In this document: positions 12,260 to 24,699 of the stretch, one piece after another
How positions within the stretch are numbered: the first letter of the stretch is position 1
Layout of the letters: the number at the start of each line of letters is the position of its first letter
Assembly: GCF_004010195.1 (NCBI RefSeq)
Contig: NC_057718.1
Location: forward strand, 69,960,730 to 70,024,729
Length of the DNA stretch: 64,000 nucleotides
Origin: Chiloscyllium plagiosum
Taxonomy: Eukaryota
Direction of reading: 5' to 3'
Notes under the pieces: model-generated
What the model was told of the DNA's origin: nothing
Database searches by the model: none
What the model saw: only the letters and a program-made list of their open reading frames with translations
Position numbers and translations under genes: made by a program

Positions 12260-12920
12260 GCAACACAGTGACTCAGTAGTTAGCACTGCTGCTTCACAGC
12301 GCCAGGAACCTAAATATAATTCCAGCCTTGGGTGACTGTGTATGTGGTGTTTGCATGTTCTCCCTGTGACTGCATCGGAGTCTATCAGGAGTTCTTGTTT
12401 CCTCCCAGAGTCCAAAGATGTCTAGGTTAGATGGATTGGCTATGCATGGCTGCATGGTGGCTCAGTGGTTAGCACTGCTGCCTCACAACACCAGGGTCCC
12501 AGGTTCGATTTTGGCCTCGGGTGTCTGTCTGTGTGGAGTTTGCACATTCTCCCCGTGTCTGAGTGGATTTCCTCGGGGTGCTCCGGTTTCCTCCCACAGT
12601 CCAAAGATGTGCAGGCCAGGTGAATTGGCCATGCTAAATTGCCCATAGTATTATGTGCATTGGCTAGAGTGAAATGGGTCTGGGTGGGTTACACTTCGGA
12701 GGGTCGGTGTGGACTGGTTGGGCTGAAGGGCCTGTTTCCACACTGCTTGGAATCTAATCTAATCATAAATTGTCCTGTAGTGTCCAGGGATGTGCTGGTT
12801 GGCTCAATTAGTTACGGTAAATGCAGAGTTAGGGTGATGGGGTGGGATGCTCTTTAGAGGATCAGTGCAGGCTTGATTGGTCAAATGGCCTCTTTCTGCA
12901 CTGTAGGGATTCTATGATGA
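12260..12920 (+). mobile_element. HE1-related SINE (older subfamily, GATTCTATGA tail) interrupted by a younger HE1 copy
   Basis: Head at 12260-12445. The body resumes at ~12765 (AAATTGTCC...) and ends GGGATTCTATGA. Confidence 0.75.
12446..12763 (+). mobile_element. HE1-type V-SINE nested in an older SINE
   Basis: Full head, core and (TCTAA)n tail. Confidence 0.9.
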
Positions 12921-13487
12921 GATGAATTATCTTGGTATGGGATGGGGACCAGTTTATTCTCACCTATGGTACCCATGGGGATGGCCTCAACCAGGACCTT
13001 GGGTTCATGTCACACTACAGGTGACCCCACTGCACTACACACGCACACGCTCCTACAGACTCATACATTCATGCAGACCCTCTCTCATACACAAGATCTC
13101 TCTTATATGCTCACACATAACCTCTCGCACACTTATACTCCTTTACCCTCACACTTACACAGCTATACATGCATACACACTCTCACAGACACTCATATAC
13201 ACCCCGCGCACACATATAAGTTTGTGGGGTGAATTTGTACTTGCAGAATTACATTCTATTTTGTCCAACAACTGCTTAAATCCATGCAAAATTCTGTAAA
13301 TCCCTTTTTTTAGATTAGAATCAGTCTGAACATTGAGGCACAGACAGCCTCACATAGGGCACCTCATACTTTCAATGTATTATCTGGGCCAACATGGCAC
13401 CTATTGTTAAAGTTCACTTGAGATTGTAACTTGAAGAAATTCTGGGATTTACGTATGAAATAAATGAAACCAACGTGGTCATTCTAA

Positions 13488-13776
13488 AAGACCTGGGTTC
13501 AATTCCCGCCTCAGGCGACTGACTGTGTGGAGTTTGCACGTTCTCCCTGTGTCTGCGTGGGTTTCCTCCGGGTGCTCCGGTTTCCTCCCACAGTCCAAAG
13601 ATGTGCAGGTCAGGTGAATTGGCCATGCTAAATTGCTCGTAGTGTTAGGTAAGGGGTAAATGTAGGGATATGAGTGGGTTGCGCTTCGGCGGGGCAATGT
13701 GGACTTGTTGGGTCGAAGGGCCTGTTTCCACACTGTAAGTAATATAATCTATGTAATCTAATCTAATCTAATCTAA
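13488..13776 (+). mobile_element. HE1-type V-SINE, 5'-truncated
   Basis: Starts at the B-box region (GACCTGGGTTCAATTCCC) and has a long TCTAA tail. Confidence 0.9.
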
Positions 13777-13884
13777 TGACAGACTCAACAAACAATCCAG
13801 GTCTTTTTCAATATATAGTTTCAGTTACATCACATTGTAAACTTTTGCTGTAACTTCTACATCTACGATCTTATACTCCACAAC

Positions 13885-13919
13885 CATCTGATGAAGGAGG
13901 AGTGTTCTGAAAGCTAGTG
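13885..13919 (+). ncRNA. Minimal hammerhead ribozyme motif (family B), stem II weakened
   Basis: CAT-CTGATGA-A-GGAG-GAGTG-TTCT-GAA-AGCT-A-GTG. Confidence 0.6.
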
Positions 13920-15684
13920 CTTCCAAATAAACCTGTTGGACTATAACCTGGTGTTGTGTGATTTTTAACTTTGTATATCCAAATCCAACACTGGCAACTC
14001 CAAATCATTATTTTTATATGTTTATTTGAGGAGATATAATGACAGAAAGTCAAATTCTTATTGAAAAAGTAAGTTTTAAGGACAATCTTTAAAGAGTACA
14101 GACAAGTGGAGTATTGGAAAGGATTAGGGGTGGCATTCCAATGCTTCACACCTCAGGCAAATGACAACCCTAATGATGGAACAAGCAATGAGCATGAGGC
14201 AGTTGAATGACATGAATATACAAGTTGTTTCTGTTAACTGACAATATAACTATACATTCCATGTCTTCCATTCAAAAAGAAAACTGTGTAAGTACAGACA
14301 GAAGTGACAAAAGCTCAAAAGTATGACACCAATCTTTTAAAGCACTGTTGGTGGGCAAGTTTCAACAACCACAAGTATGGGTTCATTATTTCTTGTTTGT
14401 GGGAACCAGAGAATGTAAGCGTAGAGCCAATCACACAACATAATAAAGGTTCCAGACTTAACTTTTCAAAACTATTTATCACACTTTCTTTAAAAGAAAC
14501 AGGGGGCAGAATCTTATAGAAGTCTGAGTGAGATTTGTGACAGAGTCAGATAAGAAGTCTAGCAAGGCCCAATTCGATGTCGGAAGCAACTCATATCATC
14601 CTTTATGCTTTTGACAAGTGTCATGTAAGTTTCTCACCAGTTAACACTAAGTTGCCAATTAAGGGGGATTATTGCTTGTTAAATAGCCCAATCTACCTCA
14701 ATATTCAGCTTTCTATCTTATTAAACTCGGCAAACAAACGATGTTGAGGAAACCCGATATAGAAACCTGTTATGGCAAATTCAATACACCAATTGCTTTT
14801 GAGGACTTCCATGTCGTATATGACTAAACTGCAGTCTTGCCTCATCTTGTTATGCTATACCTGTTAGTGCAATGGTGCTTCTGTCAGAGCCAAAGGCTCT
14901 CAATACTGACTTATTGACATGCTGTTTCAACCAGACACATAAACATATAGCTTGTCATGCTGGTCAAATGATCTGTCTGGGGAGGGCACGTTTTGCTGTA
15001 TGGCACATCAAAACATCAATTTAATAGCTATTGTATGTGTCAACTCCCTGTACAGCAAACACACTAAACCTTTGTTCAATCAAATGTCAATTTTGGGAAC
15101 TGGGTGGGGGCTGGTCCTCAGTCTGTCAGTCAGGGGTCCTTGGTACCACCAGTCAGGGGCACAGTATATACAAAATCCAAGGGCTCATCCACAAGTCGTC
15201 AGGGAATACATTTTGACAACAGTCTGACAAGTAGCAAAAGGTAGTCCTGTAGGGTCACACACCGCAGTCAGAGAAATCATGTATCACGCTTTAGGGAGCT
15301 CCTAATACAGTGAACAGATCTACTTGTTGAACTCAGTCTGAGGTACAGTGCAAAAACAGTTCTAGGAGTCCATGCACTGATCATTGAGAGATGCCTCTGG
15401 GTGCAGCGGAGGAATCACCATCAAAAGAGGTGTGCATGCTTGGGGAGGGGGAGAGAAGGATGTGTGGGATTGGAGACAAGGAAGGTTTAGGTGGAAGCTC
15501 AATGTGTATGGCAATAGACAAAACAGCCCCAGAGGCTACGCTAGGCTGCGAGAAGGAAGGTATTGACAGTGACTACCACTGCAGCCTTACAGGAGTTACG
15601 TAGAGGAGCAAGATGGGTATGATAATGTTACATTCAAGGGTCAGGGAGGACAGTTTGAGATAAAGTTTAATGTGGTAATGTCAG

Positions 15685-16345
15685 AATTTACATAACACCT
15701 GGTTATAGTCCAACAGATTTATTTGAAATTACAAGCTTTCAGAGCACTCTGAAAACTTATAATTTCAAATAAACTTTAGATTAGATTACATTCCCTACAG
15801 TGTGGAAACAGGCCATTCAGCCCAACAGGTCCACACCAACCCTCCAAAAAGTAACCCACCCAGACCCATTCCCCACATTTACCCCTGACTAATAATACTA
15901 ATACTATGGGCAATTTAGTATGGCCAATTCACCTGACCTACACATCTTTGAATTGTGGGAGGAAACTGGAGCACCTGGAGGAAACTCATGCAGACACAGG
16001 GAGAACGTGTAAACTCCATACACACAGTCACCCGAGGTTGGAATCGAACCCGGGCTCCTGGCGCTGTGAGGCAATAGTACTAACCACTGAGATTCACCTG
16101 ACCTACACATCTTTGAATTGTGGGAGGAAACTGGAGCACCTGGAGGAAACTCATGCAGACACAGGGAGAACGTGCAAACTCCATACACACAGTCACCCGA
16201 GGTTGGAATCGAACCCGGACTCCTGGCGCTGTGAGGCAATAGTACTAACCACTGAGCCACCCCCTTATTTGATAATAACCTGGTGTTGTGTGACTTCTGA
16301 CCTTGTCCACCCCAATCCAACACTGGCACCTCCACATCATGTGAT
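15685..16345. mobile_element. Fold-back PLE family-B end fragment split by an HE1 SINE
   Basis: Palindrome at 15718-15773. The PLE terminus ATAACCTGGTGTTGTGTGAC...CCAACACTGGCACCTCCACATC resumes at ~16275. Confidence 0.7.
15777..16262 (-). mobile_element. HE1-type V-SINE with internal 165-bp tandem duplication
   Basis: 15927-16091 is repeated at 16092-16256 with about 2 mismatches. Confidence 0.92.
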
Positions 16346-16838
16346 AGATCTCCATATGGGGAGTTTGGGCAGAAATGGACTGTCAGCATACAGCAATGAA
16401 GCTCTGAGGGTATATGTGGCAAGCAGATAAGGTCCGGTATTGATGGTGTCCATAACGATCTTTCCTTCCTACCATCACTTGCCATTCCCTGGATGTAACA
16501 TACAACTAGAAAATGGCTGGGACAACAGTCAAGGTGGGTTGATTCTTTATCACTTCGATAGGCAATAGCATGGGATCCATGTCTTCTGGGTAATGTAGGG
16601 GCAAATACAAGAAGTATACTTTTGTAAACACAAGGTACATTTCATATGCAATCATTTCTTCACTTATTTGTGTGAATGCCAAGTGAATCTGCTCAGGGTT
16701 CAAATTCTTGTCCAAGAGGAATTGCACCATACCATTTGTGCTTGCAAGTGTAATGTCTACATTTCAGAAATGCAAATTCTGCCAGCCATGACTTGAAAAG
16801 GCCAACGCTGGTCAAAGGCATCTCAAAAATTGTGAACA

Positions 16839-17271
16839 TGTGATGTAAATATGACTAAACTTTGGGCAGCTTCTCTCTGGGGTCTGAGTGATTGGAGCTA
16901 CAGCAGAATGTAATGGAAAATGGAAAATCTGTAGTTTGTACAGATGTGTCTGTAGTTTGGGACATAATCCATGGGATGTGGTTTAGTATCAAGGTAGAGA
17001 TCAGCAGGCCTTTGTTATCTTTGAAGTTACAAGAAATCACAGTCAAGTTTGTTTTGACTTGCCTTTGGCTCCTTTGAATGGTTTTGTTTAAAACTCACTT
17101 TGCAACTTTACGTAAGACATTCTATGGATTTCTCTCTCTCTCTCTCTTTCTCCAGACAACCATTTACACCCACAGTCTTTCTTGGCTGTATCAGCATTCT
17201 TCTAAATAAAGTTGGAATTATGAGTTAAAAGTGTCTGTAATACTTTGGTGTTCTGAGCCATGGTAATGACA
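16839..17271 (+). mobile_element. Probable solo LTR
   Basis: TG...CA ends, AATAAA near 17205, CT-rich tract and imperfect 4-bp flanks AACA/CACA. Confidence 0.45.
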
Positions 17272-17274
17272 CAC

Positions 17275-17566
17275 ACTGTGGCATAGTGGTTAGCACTGCT
17301 GCTTCACAGTGCCAGAGACCCAGGTTCAATTCCTGCCTCAGGCAACTGACTGTGTGGAGTTTGCACATTCTCCCTGTGTCTGCAAGGGTTTCCTCCGGGT
17401 GCTCCCACAGTCCAAAAAAAAAGTGCAGGTGAGGCGAATTGGCCATGCTAAATTGCCCATAGTGTTAGGTGAAGGGGTAAATGTAGGGGAATGTCTGGGT
17501 GGGTTGCTCTTCGGAGGGTCGGTATGGGCTGAAGGGCCTGTTTCCACACTAAGTAATCTAATCTAA
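17275..17566 (+). mobile_element. HE1-type V-SINE
   Basis: Head, V-domain core and TAATCTAATCTAA tail. Confidence 0.9.
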
Positions 17567-17624
17567 GAAGCAAGTAAAACAATTGACCAATTATTGTACA
17601 TATTTGAAGGAACTTTACTATAGT

Positions 17625-19895
17625 CATGGAGAGGGATAGGAGCAGATGCTGTGGGAAAGTATTTTACTGGGGGAGTGGGAATTACAATGTATTAGGGAGG
17701 AACTGTAGAGCATAAATTGGGAATAGATATTCTCTGGGAAATGCAGGACAGAAATGTGGAGGTTGTTTAGGGAGCACTTGCTACAAATGCTGGATAGGTT
17801 TGTCCCACTGAGGCAAGAAAGGGTTGGTAGGGTGAAGGAACCTTGGATGACAAGGGATGTGGAACATCTAATCAAGAGGAAGAAGGAAGCTTGCATAAGG
17901 TTAAGGAAGCAAGGATCAGTCAGGGCTGTAGAGGGTTACAAGGTAGCCAGGAAGGAACTAAGGAATGGACTTAGGAGAGCTAAAGGGGGTGCATGGAAAA
18001 GGCTTTGGCAGGTAGGAGTAAGGAAAGCCCCAAGGCATTCTATATTGATGTGAGGAACAAGATGATGACCAGAGTGAGGGTAGAGCTGATCAGGGATAGG
18101 GGAGGGAACTTATGTCTCCATTCGGAGAAGATAGGGGAGGTCCTTAATAAATACTTTGCTTCAGTTTTCACTCGTGAGAGAGGCCTTGTCATTTGTGAGG
18201 ACAGCGTGAAACAGGCTGATATGCTCAAACAGGTTGATATTAAGAAGGATGTGCTGGAAATTTTGAAAAACACATGAGAATAGATGAATCTCCGGGCCAG
18301 ATGGGATATACCCAAGGAAGCAAGAGAGAGATTGCTGCGCCTTGAAGTAGTACCAGATATTTGGAGTATGTCAGGTGTTATTCCCTTGTTCAAGAAAGGG
18401 AATATGGATAACCCTGGGAATTAGAGAGCAGCCTGTCTTACATCGGTGGTGGGTAAAATATTGGAGAGGATTCTGAGATACAGGATTTATGATTATTTGG
18501 AAAAACATAGTTTGATTAGAGATAGTCAGCATAGCTTTGTGAGGGGGCAGGTCATGCCTCATTAGCCTTATTGAAGTCTTTGAGGATGTGACAAAAGATC
18601 AAGATAGAACAATGGATGTGGTGTATTTGAATTTTAGTAAGGCATTTTGATAAGGTTCCCCCTGTTCGGCTCATTCAGAAAATAAGGAGGTATGAGATAC
18701 AGGGAAATTTCGCTGTCTGGATACAGAATTGGCTGGCCCATAGAAGACAGAGCATGGTAATAGATGAAAAGTATTTAGCCAGGAGCTCGGTGACCAGTGG
18801 TGGTCTGCAGGGATTTGTTCTGGGACCTCTGCTCTTTGTGACTTTTATAAATGACTTGGATGAGGAAGTGGAAAAGTGGGTGAGTAAGTTTGCCAATGAC
18901 TCGAAGGTTGGTGGAGTTGTGCTTAGTGTGGAGGGCTGTTGCAGGCTACAACAAGACATTGTAGGCTGCTGTAGGTTGCAATGAGACATTGACAGGATGC
19001 AGAGCTGGGCTGAGAAGTGGCAGATGGAGTTCAACCTGGAAAAGTTGATTCATTTTAGAAGGACAAATTTGAATACATATTATAGGGTTAAAGTCAGGAT
19101 TCTTGGCAGTGTGGAGGAACAGAGGGATCTTGGGATCGATCCACATACATAGATCGCGCAAAGTTGCTACCCAAGGCAACAGGTTTAGGTAGAGGATCTG
19201 GATCAGTGCAGGCATGGAGTGTCGAAGGGCCTGTTCCAGTGCTGTAATTTTGTTCCAAGTTGACAGGATTGTTAATAAGGCATATGGCGTGTTGGCTTTT
19301 ATCAGCAGGGGGATTGAGTTTCAGAGCTGAGGGGTTATGCTACAGCTCTATAATGCCCTGGTTAGACCACACTTGGAATATTGTGTTCAGTTCTGGTCAC
19401 CTCATTATAGGAAGGATTTAGAAAGGATGCAGAAGAGATTTACTGGGATACTGCCTGGAGTGGAGAGCATATCTTATGTAGAAAGGTTAAGAGAGCTCGG
19501 GCTTTTCTCGTTGGAGTGAAAAAGGATGAAAGGATGACTTGATAGAGATGTACAAGATGATGAGGGCATAGATAGAGTGGATAGCCAGAGACCTTTACCC
19601 AGGGCAGAAATGGCTATCATAAGGGGGCATACTTTTAAGGTGATTGGGGAAAAGTTTAGGGGAGATGTAAGAGGTAGGTTCTTTACAGAGAGTATGGAAG
19701 CACTGTCAGCAGTGTTAGGAGACACAGATATATTAGGAACATTTAAGCAACTTTTGGATAGGTACATGCATGATAGTAAAATGAAGGGTATGTAGGTTAG
19801 TTTGATCTTAGATTAGGATAAAAGGTTGGCACAACGTTGAGGACCGAAGGGCCTGTACTGATCTGTACTGTTCTATGTTCTATGTGCTATGTTCT
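17625..19895 (+). mobile_element. CR1 LINE ORF2 3' part and 3' UTR, decayed
   Basis: [33 protein letters not shown] and [15 protein letters not shown] motifs. Tail (GTTCTAT)n. Confidence 0.93.
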
Positions 19896-19989
19896 TTGAA
19901 ACAGCAACCAAGTGTGACTTGTTGAACATGTTGAATGGGAAATCAAAACATAAATAATCAAAAGATGCCTCTCTCTAAATCAGCAATGC

Positions 19990-20550
19990 TAACTAAAGCA
20001 CAGAAGAAAAACAGAAAGTTGTCAGAGCTTTTGGAGTTAGTATGACCACTATCGCTTCCAGAGTTCAGAGCTACTGAAGTTAAGGCTGCAAACTACAACT
20101 ACCAAATCCAAGTTCCTGTGACTGTTCCTCACTCATGTGACAGGAAACCACTTGCAAAGCAAAAGCAGTCTCACTGCGCTGCAAATTATCCAAACAATGT
20201 TTTCACTGTGGCAGTGCTTAATCACAATGGACAAATATCCTGCCACTGGTAAATATTGCAAACTCTGCAAATGCAACCATTTTGCTTGTATTTAAAGCTC
20301 ATCAGCAAAAGTAACTGTTAAGACTAAAGCTAACAAAGGGTGCAATGCATAAGCAACATGCATATCACAGAATAAAAGACCATGTAACCAACATACAAGC
20401 AGATGACACTGTATACATCTTTGTGCTCTCTTTCAAACTCATCACCTAGCTAAATGTGACAGTGACGATTGGCTGCTTGGAACAGATGCTGTCATAGAGC
20501 ACACAAGAATATTTGTTAATGCCATGAGAGAAAAGATATAACATACTTAC
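19990..20550 (+). mobile_element. Highly degenerate Gypsy gag zinc-knuckle region relic
   Basis: KQCFHCGS (~20192) and PATGKYCKLCKCNHFA (~20240) resemble the CFRCG...CPA.GK.C..C.K.NHFA..C gag motif. Confidence 0.55.
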
Positions 20551-21542
20551 GTGATTATTTTATAAAATTATTTTCAGTTACTGATTAAATCTTTCATCTC
20601 ATTGTATATGGTACTTATTCTCCCCTTGTCCAGTCCTTTCCCACTTACATCCATGATTCCTTGGATGCTATATATCAGTTTCAGATTTTCCAGTTTCTGC
20701 CTCTTCTTTAACAAAGACATGAATCCCTTTACACATTCGTCCCCCATCAGGATGACTTCAGGGCTCTCCACTTCTTCCTTGGAAAAAGACCTGAACTGTC
20801 CCCAAGCGACCACTAACCTCCTCCATGCGGCCGAGTTCGTCTTCTCCCTGAATAACTTCTCTTTTACTTCCTCTCACTTTCCTCAGATCAAAGGTGTGCC
20901 ATTGGTCCTCACTTACTCCCACATGTCTCTTTGGGAGGTAGGTGAAACATTCTTTATTCCATTCCTACTCCAGCCCCCACCCAGAACACTTTCTACATTA
21001 TATCGATGACACCACTGGTGTTGATTCCCTCTCCTTCCTTTCTGGAATTAGAAATGTTTATCTATTTTGCTTCTAACATCCACCCTGCTCTCACCTTCTC
21101 CTAGTCCATCTCTGACTCCTCCCTTCCCTTCCTCAACATCCCAATTTTGGGGATAGACTGGACACCAATATCTGCCATAAACTCACTGACTCCCGCTATA
21201 ACTTTGATGATATATCCTCACACCTTGTTTCCTCACCTTGCAGTAAAGACTCTATTCCATTTTCCCAATTCCTCTGTCTCCACCGCATCTGTTTTAATGA
21301 TGCCAACTTCGACAAGAGATCATCTGAAATGTCCACCTTCCTCAACCGAGGATTCCCCAGCACAATGGTTGACAGAGCCATCAGCTGGGTCCGACCCATC
21401 TCTCGCACTTCAGCCCTCACCCCCTCTTCCCTACCACAACAGTGATAAGGTCCCCCTTGTCCTCACCAACCATCTCACTAGCATCAAGAAGTGTGGTGCT
21501 GGAAAGGCACAGATGGTCAAGCAGCATCTGAGGAGTAGGAGA

Positions 21543-21576
21543 GTTAACGTTTCGAGCATAAGCTCTTCATCAGCTC
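21543..21576 (-). ncRNA. Minimal hammerhead motif (family A variant) in a short insert
   Basis: Minus strand CTGATGA-A-GAGC-TTAT-GCTC-GAA-ACGT-T. Stem II GAGC/GCTC is a compensatory variant of GGGC/GCCC. Confidence 0.65.
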
Positions 21577-21618
21577 TTCATGCCACCAGCATCCACATCC
21601 ATAGGATCATTGGCCACC

Positions 21619-22263
21619 TGTTATGGAGCAGAGCAAAGCCCTTTCAAATATATCAAGGAGATAGCCAAGACCCTAACTTTTATCTTATTTAAAGGCACAT
21701 GTAAGGTTCTGTGTTCCACATATAGTTTGATTGGTAACTCTACTCAGCTTTAAGCAAACCACACTTCATTCTTACCCTTAAAATACAAAAGAAATAAGAA
21801 TTTGTATAACTTTAACTCTATTGGAAAACTCAACTGTTCCAATGTAGGAACATCCTGTAAACATACGGTTAAGCAAAGGCAAATTCAGTAAAATAGATTG
21901 TCTCACAGGTGATGTGTCTCCTATTCTGGAGGAAAGAACATCAAGAGAAACTCTGGTAAAGAGAGAGCATTCCAGATTTTGTAGTGGCTGGGAGAGAAAT
22001 GTTACAGCTTCCAAAGCCAACTTCAGAAAACACAAACAACTATTGAAAATTAAACTAAAACCCTGGTTCTGTGGGAGTACAGTAAACTGATTCCAACCAT
22101 TCATGCTGCTTCTATTACTCCAATTTTATATTTGGAAAAACCCAGGCCTCATAAGCTGTTTACTTTATTGTTTTGGAGGAGACAGCTCAGTACCTATGGT
22201 TCAAAACCTCTCTTCAAAAATAAACAGGATAAAAACACCTCTTAAAGCCATAGTATTGTCACA
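21619..22263 (-). mobile_element. Solo LTR inserted in the Penelope-like element
   Basis: TG...CA ends. Interrupts the PLE reading at CACC/CATC (imperfect 4-bp TSD). Strand is tentative. Confidence 0.65.
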
Positions 22264-23174
22264 CATCATTTCAGCCACCTCCAGCAGGATGCCACCACGA
22301 GATATATATATTTCCCTTCCCTCCCCTGCCAGCTTTTCACAGGCACTGTTCCGTCTGGGACACCCTGGTCCACTCCTCCTTCACTCCCAATATATCTCCA
22401 TACACCCACAGTACCTTCCTCTGCAACTGAAGAAGGTATGACACCTGCCTGTTTACTTCCTTGGTCCTCATTATCCAAGGCCCGAAACACACCTTCCAAG
22501 TGAAGCAGCGCTTCACCTGTACATCATTCAACCTAGTCTACTTATTCACCGCACTCAATGTGGTGTCCTCTACATCGGGGAACTGAAGCACAGGCTGGGT
22601 GACCGCTTCGCGGAACACCTACATTCTATCTGCAGAAATGATCCTGAGCTTCCAGTTGCCTGCCACTTCAACAGTTTGTTTGCCAACATTTCTGTCTCAC
22701 GCTTGCTGCATTCCTCCAGCGAAGCTCAGCGCAAGTTGGAGAAGCAAGATCTCATTTTCTGCTTGGAAACTCTACAGCCTTCTGGACTCAATATCGAGTT
22801 TAACAATTTTAGGGTTTGAGCACCTTCTCCCAAGCCTTGTCATCACATAGGCTGCTATCACACACAACCCATTGTCAGCTACTAGTAGTCCCCATTTGCA
22901 GCTATCCATTCTCCCAGGCTGATGTTTAACTAGTCCTTTGTCAGAGCAACTGTTTTTCTCTCTCTTTGGACTCTATCTCCACCTATTGTTTACTCCTTCC
23001 CCCTCCCTCCACTCCATCTTCAGTATTAATACCAACCTTTTCCCAGCTACCCATAGTTCTGAAGATTGGTCACTGGACCCGAACATTAACTCTCCTTTCT
23101 CTGCACAGATGTTATCAGACCTGCTGAGATTTTCCAGGAATTTCCGTTTTTGTTTGCAACAGAAGTGTTAATAC

Positions 23175-24160
23175 TGAGACATAGAGATGTACAGCGTGGA
23201 AACAGACCTTTTAATCCAACTCGTCCATGCTGACCAGATATGCTAAATAAATCTAGTTCCATTTGCCAGCAGTTGGCTTATATCCCTCTAAACCTGTCCT
23301 ATTCTTTTATACATTCAGATGTTGTTTAGATGTTGTAATTGTACCAGCCTTCACCATTTCCTCTGGCAGCTCAAACCATACACGCACCAACCTCTGTGTG
23401 AAAAGGTTGCCCCTTAGGTCCCTTTTACATCTTGCCCTTCTCAGCATAAACCTATGCCCTCGAATTCTAGACTCCCCCACCTCAGGAAAAAGACCCCATC
23501 TACTTACCCTATCAAACCCCTCATGATTTTAGAAATCTCTATGAGGTCTTCCCTCAACCTCTGACCCACTGGGAAAACAGCCCCAGTCTACTGAACCTCC
23601 CTCTATAGCTCAAACCCTCCAACTCTGGCAACATCCTTGTGAATTCTTTCTGAACCCTTTCAAGTTTCACAACATCCTTCTGTTAGGAGTGAGACCAGAA
23701 TTGCACGCAATATTCCAAAAGTGGCCTTACAATGTCCTGTACAATCACAACATGACTTCCTAACTCCTATACTTCATGCTTTGACCAATAAAGGAAAGCA
23801 TATCAAATGCCTTCTTCATTATCCTATCTACCTACGACTCCACTTTCAAGAAACTATAAACCTGCACTCCAAGGTCTCTTTGTTCAGCAACACTCCCTAG
23901 GACCTTACTATTATGGATATAAGTTCTGCTCTGATTTGCTTTCCCAAAATGCAGACCTCACATTTATCTAAATTAAATTCTTTCTGCCACTCCTCAGCCC
24001 ATTGACCCATCTGATCAAGATCCCATTGTACTCTGAGGAAACCTTCTTCGCTGTCCACTACACCTCCAACTTTGGTGTCAACTGCAAATTTACTAACTAT
24101 ACCTCATATGTTCACATTTAAATCATTTATATAATTGACGGAAAGCAATGGACCCAGCAT
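23175..24160 (-). mobile_element. CR1 LINE 3' fragment
   Basis: Reverse-complement homolog of ~8370-9350. Confidence 0.92.
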
Positions 24161-24325
24161 CAATTATTTGTTGAGTTAGTACAAGAGCTAGAAAACATAA
24201 GTTAAATGCTTAATTTTATTGTGTACAGTTTGGAGACAAATCATTGAAACATTATTTTTCACACCTATTAAAAAGGAGAAGGATGAATATTAAAATAACA
24301 GTGTATTGTTCACTTGTGGCTACCA

Positions 24326-24625
24326 TATACAAATATACCAGCAGAGGGAGATTGCTACTAAAAGAGAAAGTTAAAAATCACACAATGCCAGGTTATAGTC
24401 CAACAGGGTTTATTTGGAAGCACTAGATTTCGAAACACTGATCCTTCATCAGGTGGTTGTCAGGAGCAGCGCTCTGAAAGCTAGTGCTTCCAAATAAACA
24501 TGTTGGACAAAAACCTGGTGTTGTGTGATTTTTAACTTTCTCTTTTAGTAGCAATCTCCCTCTGCTGGTATATTTGTATACTTTGCCCACCCCAGTCCAA
24601 CACTGGCACTTCCACATCATGACTA
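24326..24625. mobile_element. Fold-back PLE family-B end with inverted copy of host flank
   Basis: Inverted arms at 24326-24432 and ~24474-24580. Hammerhead remnants at 24421-24455 (minus) and 24462-24486 (plus). Confidence 0.8.
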
Positions 24626-24699
24626 AGAGAGAAGAAATAATTTAAATTCTTTAAAGCTCTCTAGTAAAATGTATAACTATGCCAGTGCTGAGCGGGCCC

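Larger units (their letters stand above)
12950..14010 (+). mobile_element. Penelope-like element 3' tail (family B) with CA-rich tract and hammerhead, interrupted by HE1
   Basis: Homologous to the reverse complement of 350-430 and to 39130-39810. Hammerhead at 13885-13919. Confidence 0.8.
20580..23155 (+). mobile_element. Penelope-like element (RT C-terminal half, Cys linker, GIY-YIG, 3' end), decayed, with nested insertions
   Basis: EFVFSLNNFSFTSSHFPQIKGV, YID-like codons at 21001, DKVPLVLT, and a GIY-YIG region at 22530-22620 (LYIGELKHRLGDRFAEHL). Family C hammerhead remnant at 23055-23091. Confidence 0.85.

Noticed and set aside
14304..14519. 71-aa ORF with an internal GTAAGC donor-like site
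   Set aside because: No pyrimidine-rich acceptor and no recognisable protein.
16506..16730. 74-aa minus-strand ORF, possibly Harbinger transposase-like
   Set aside because: The similarity is too weak to support by eye.
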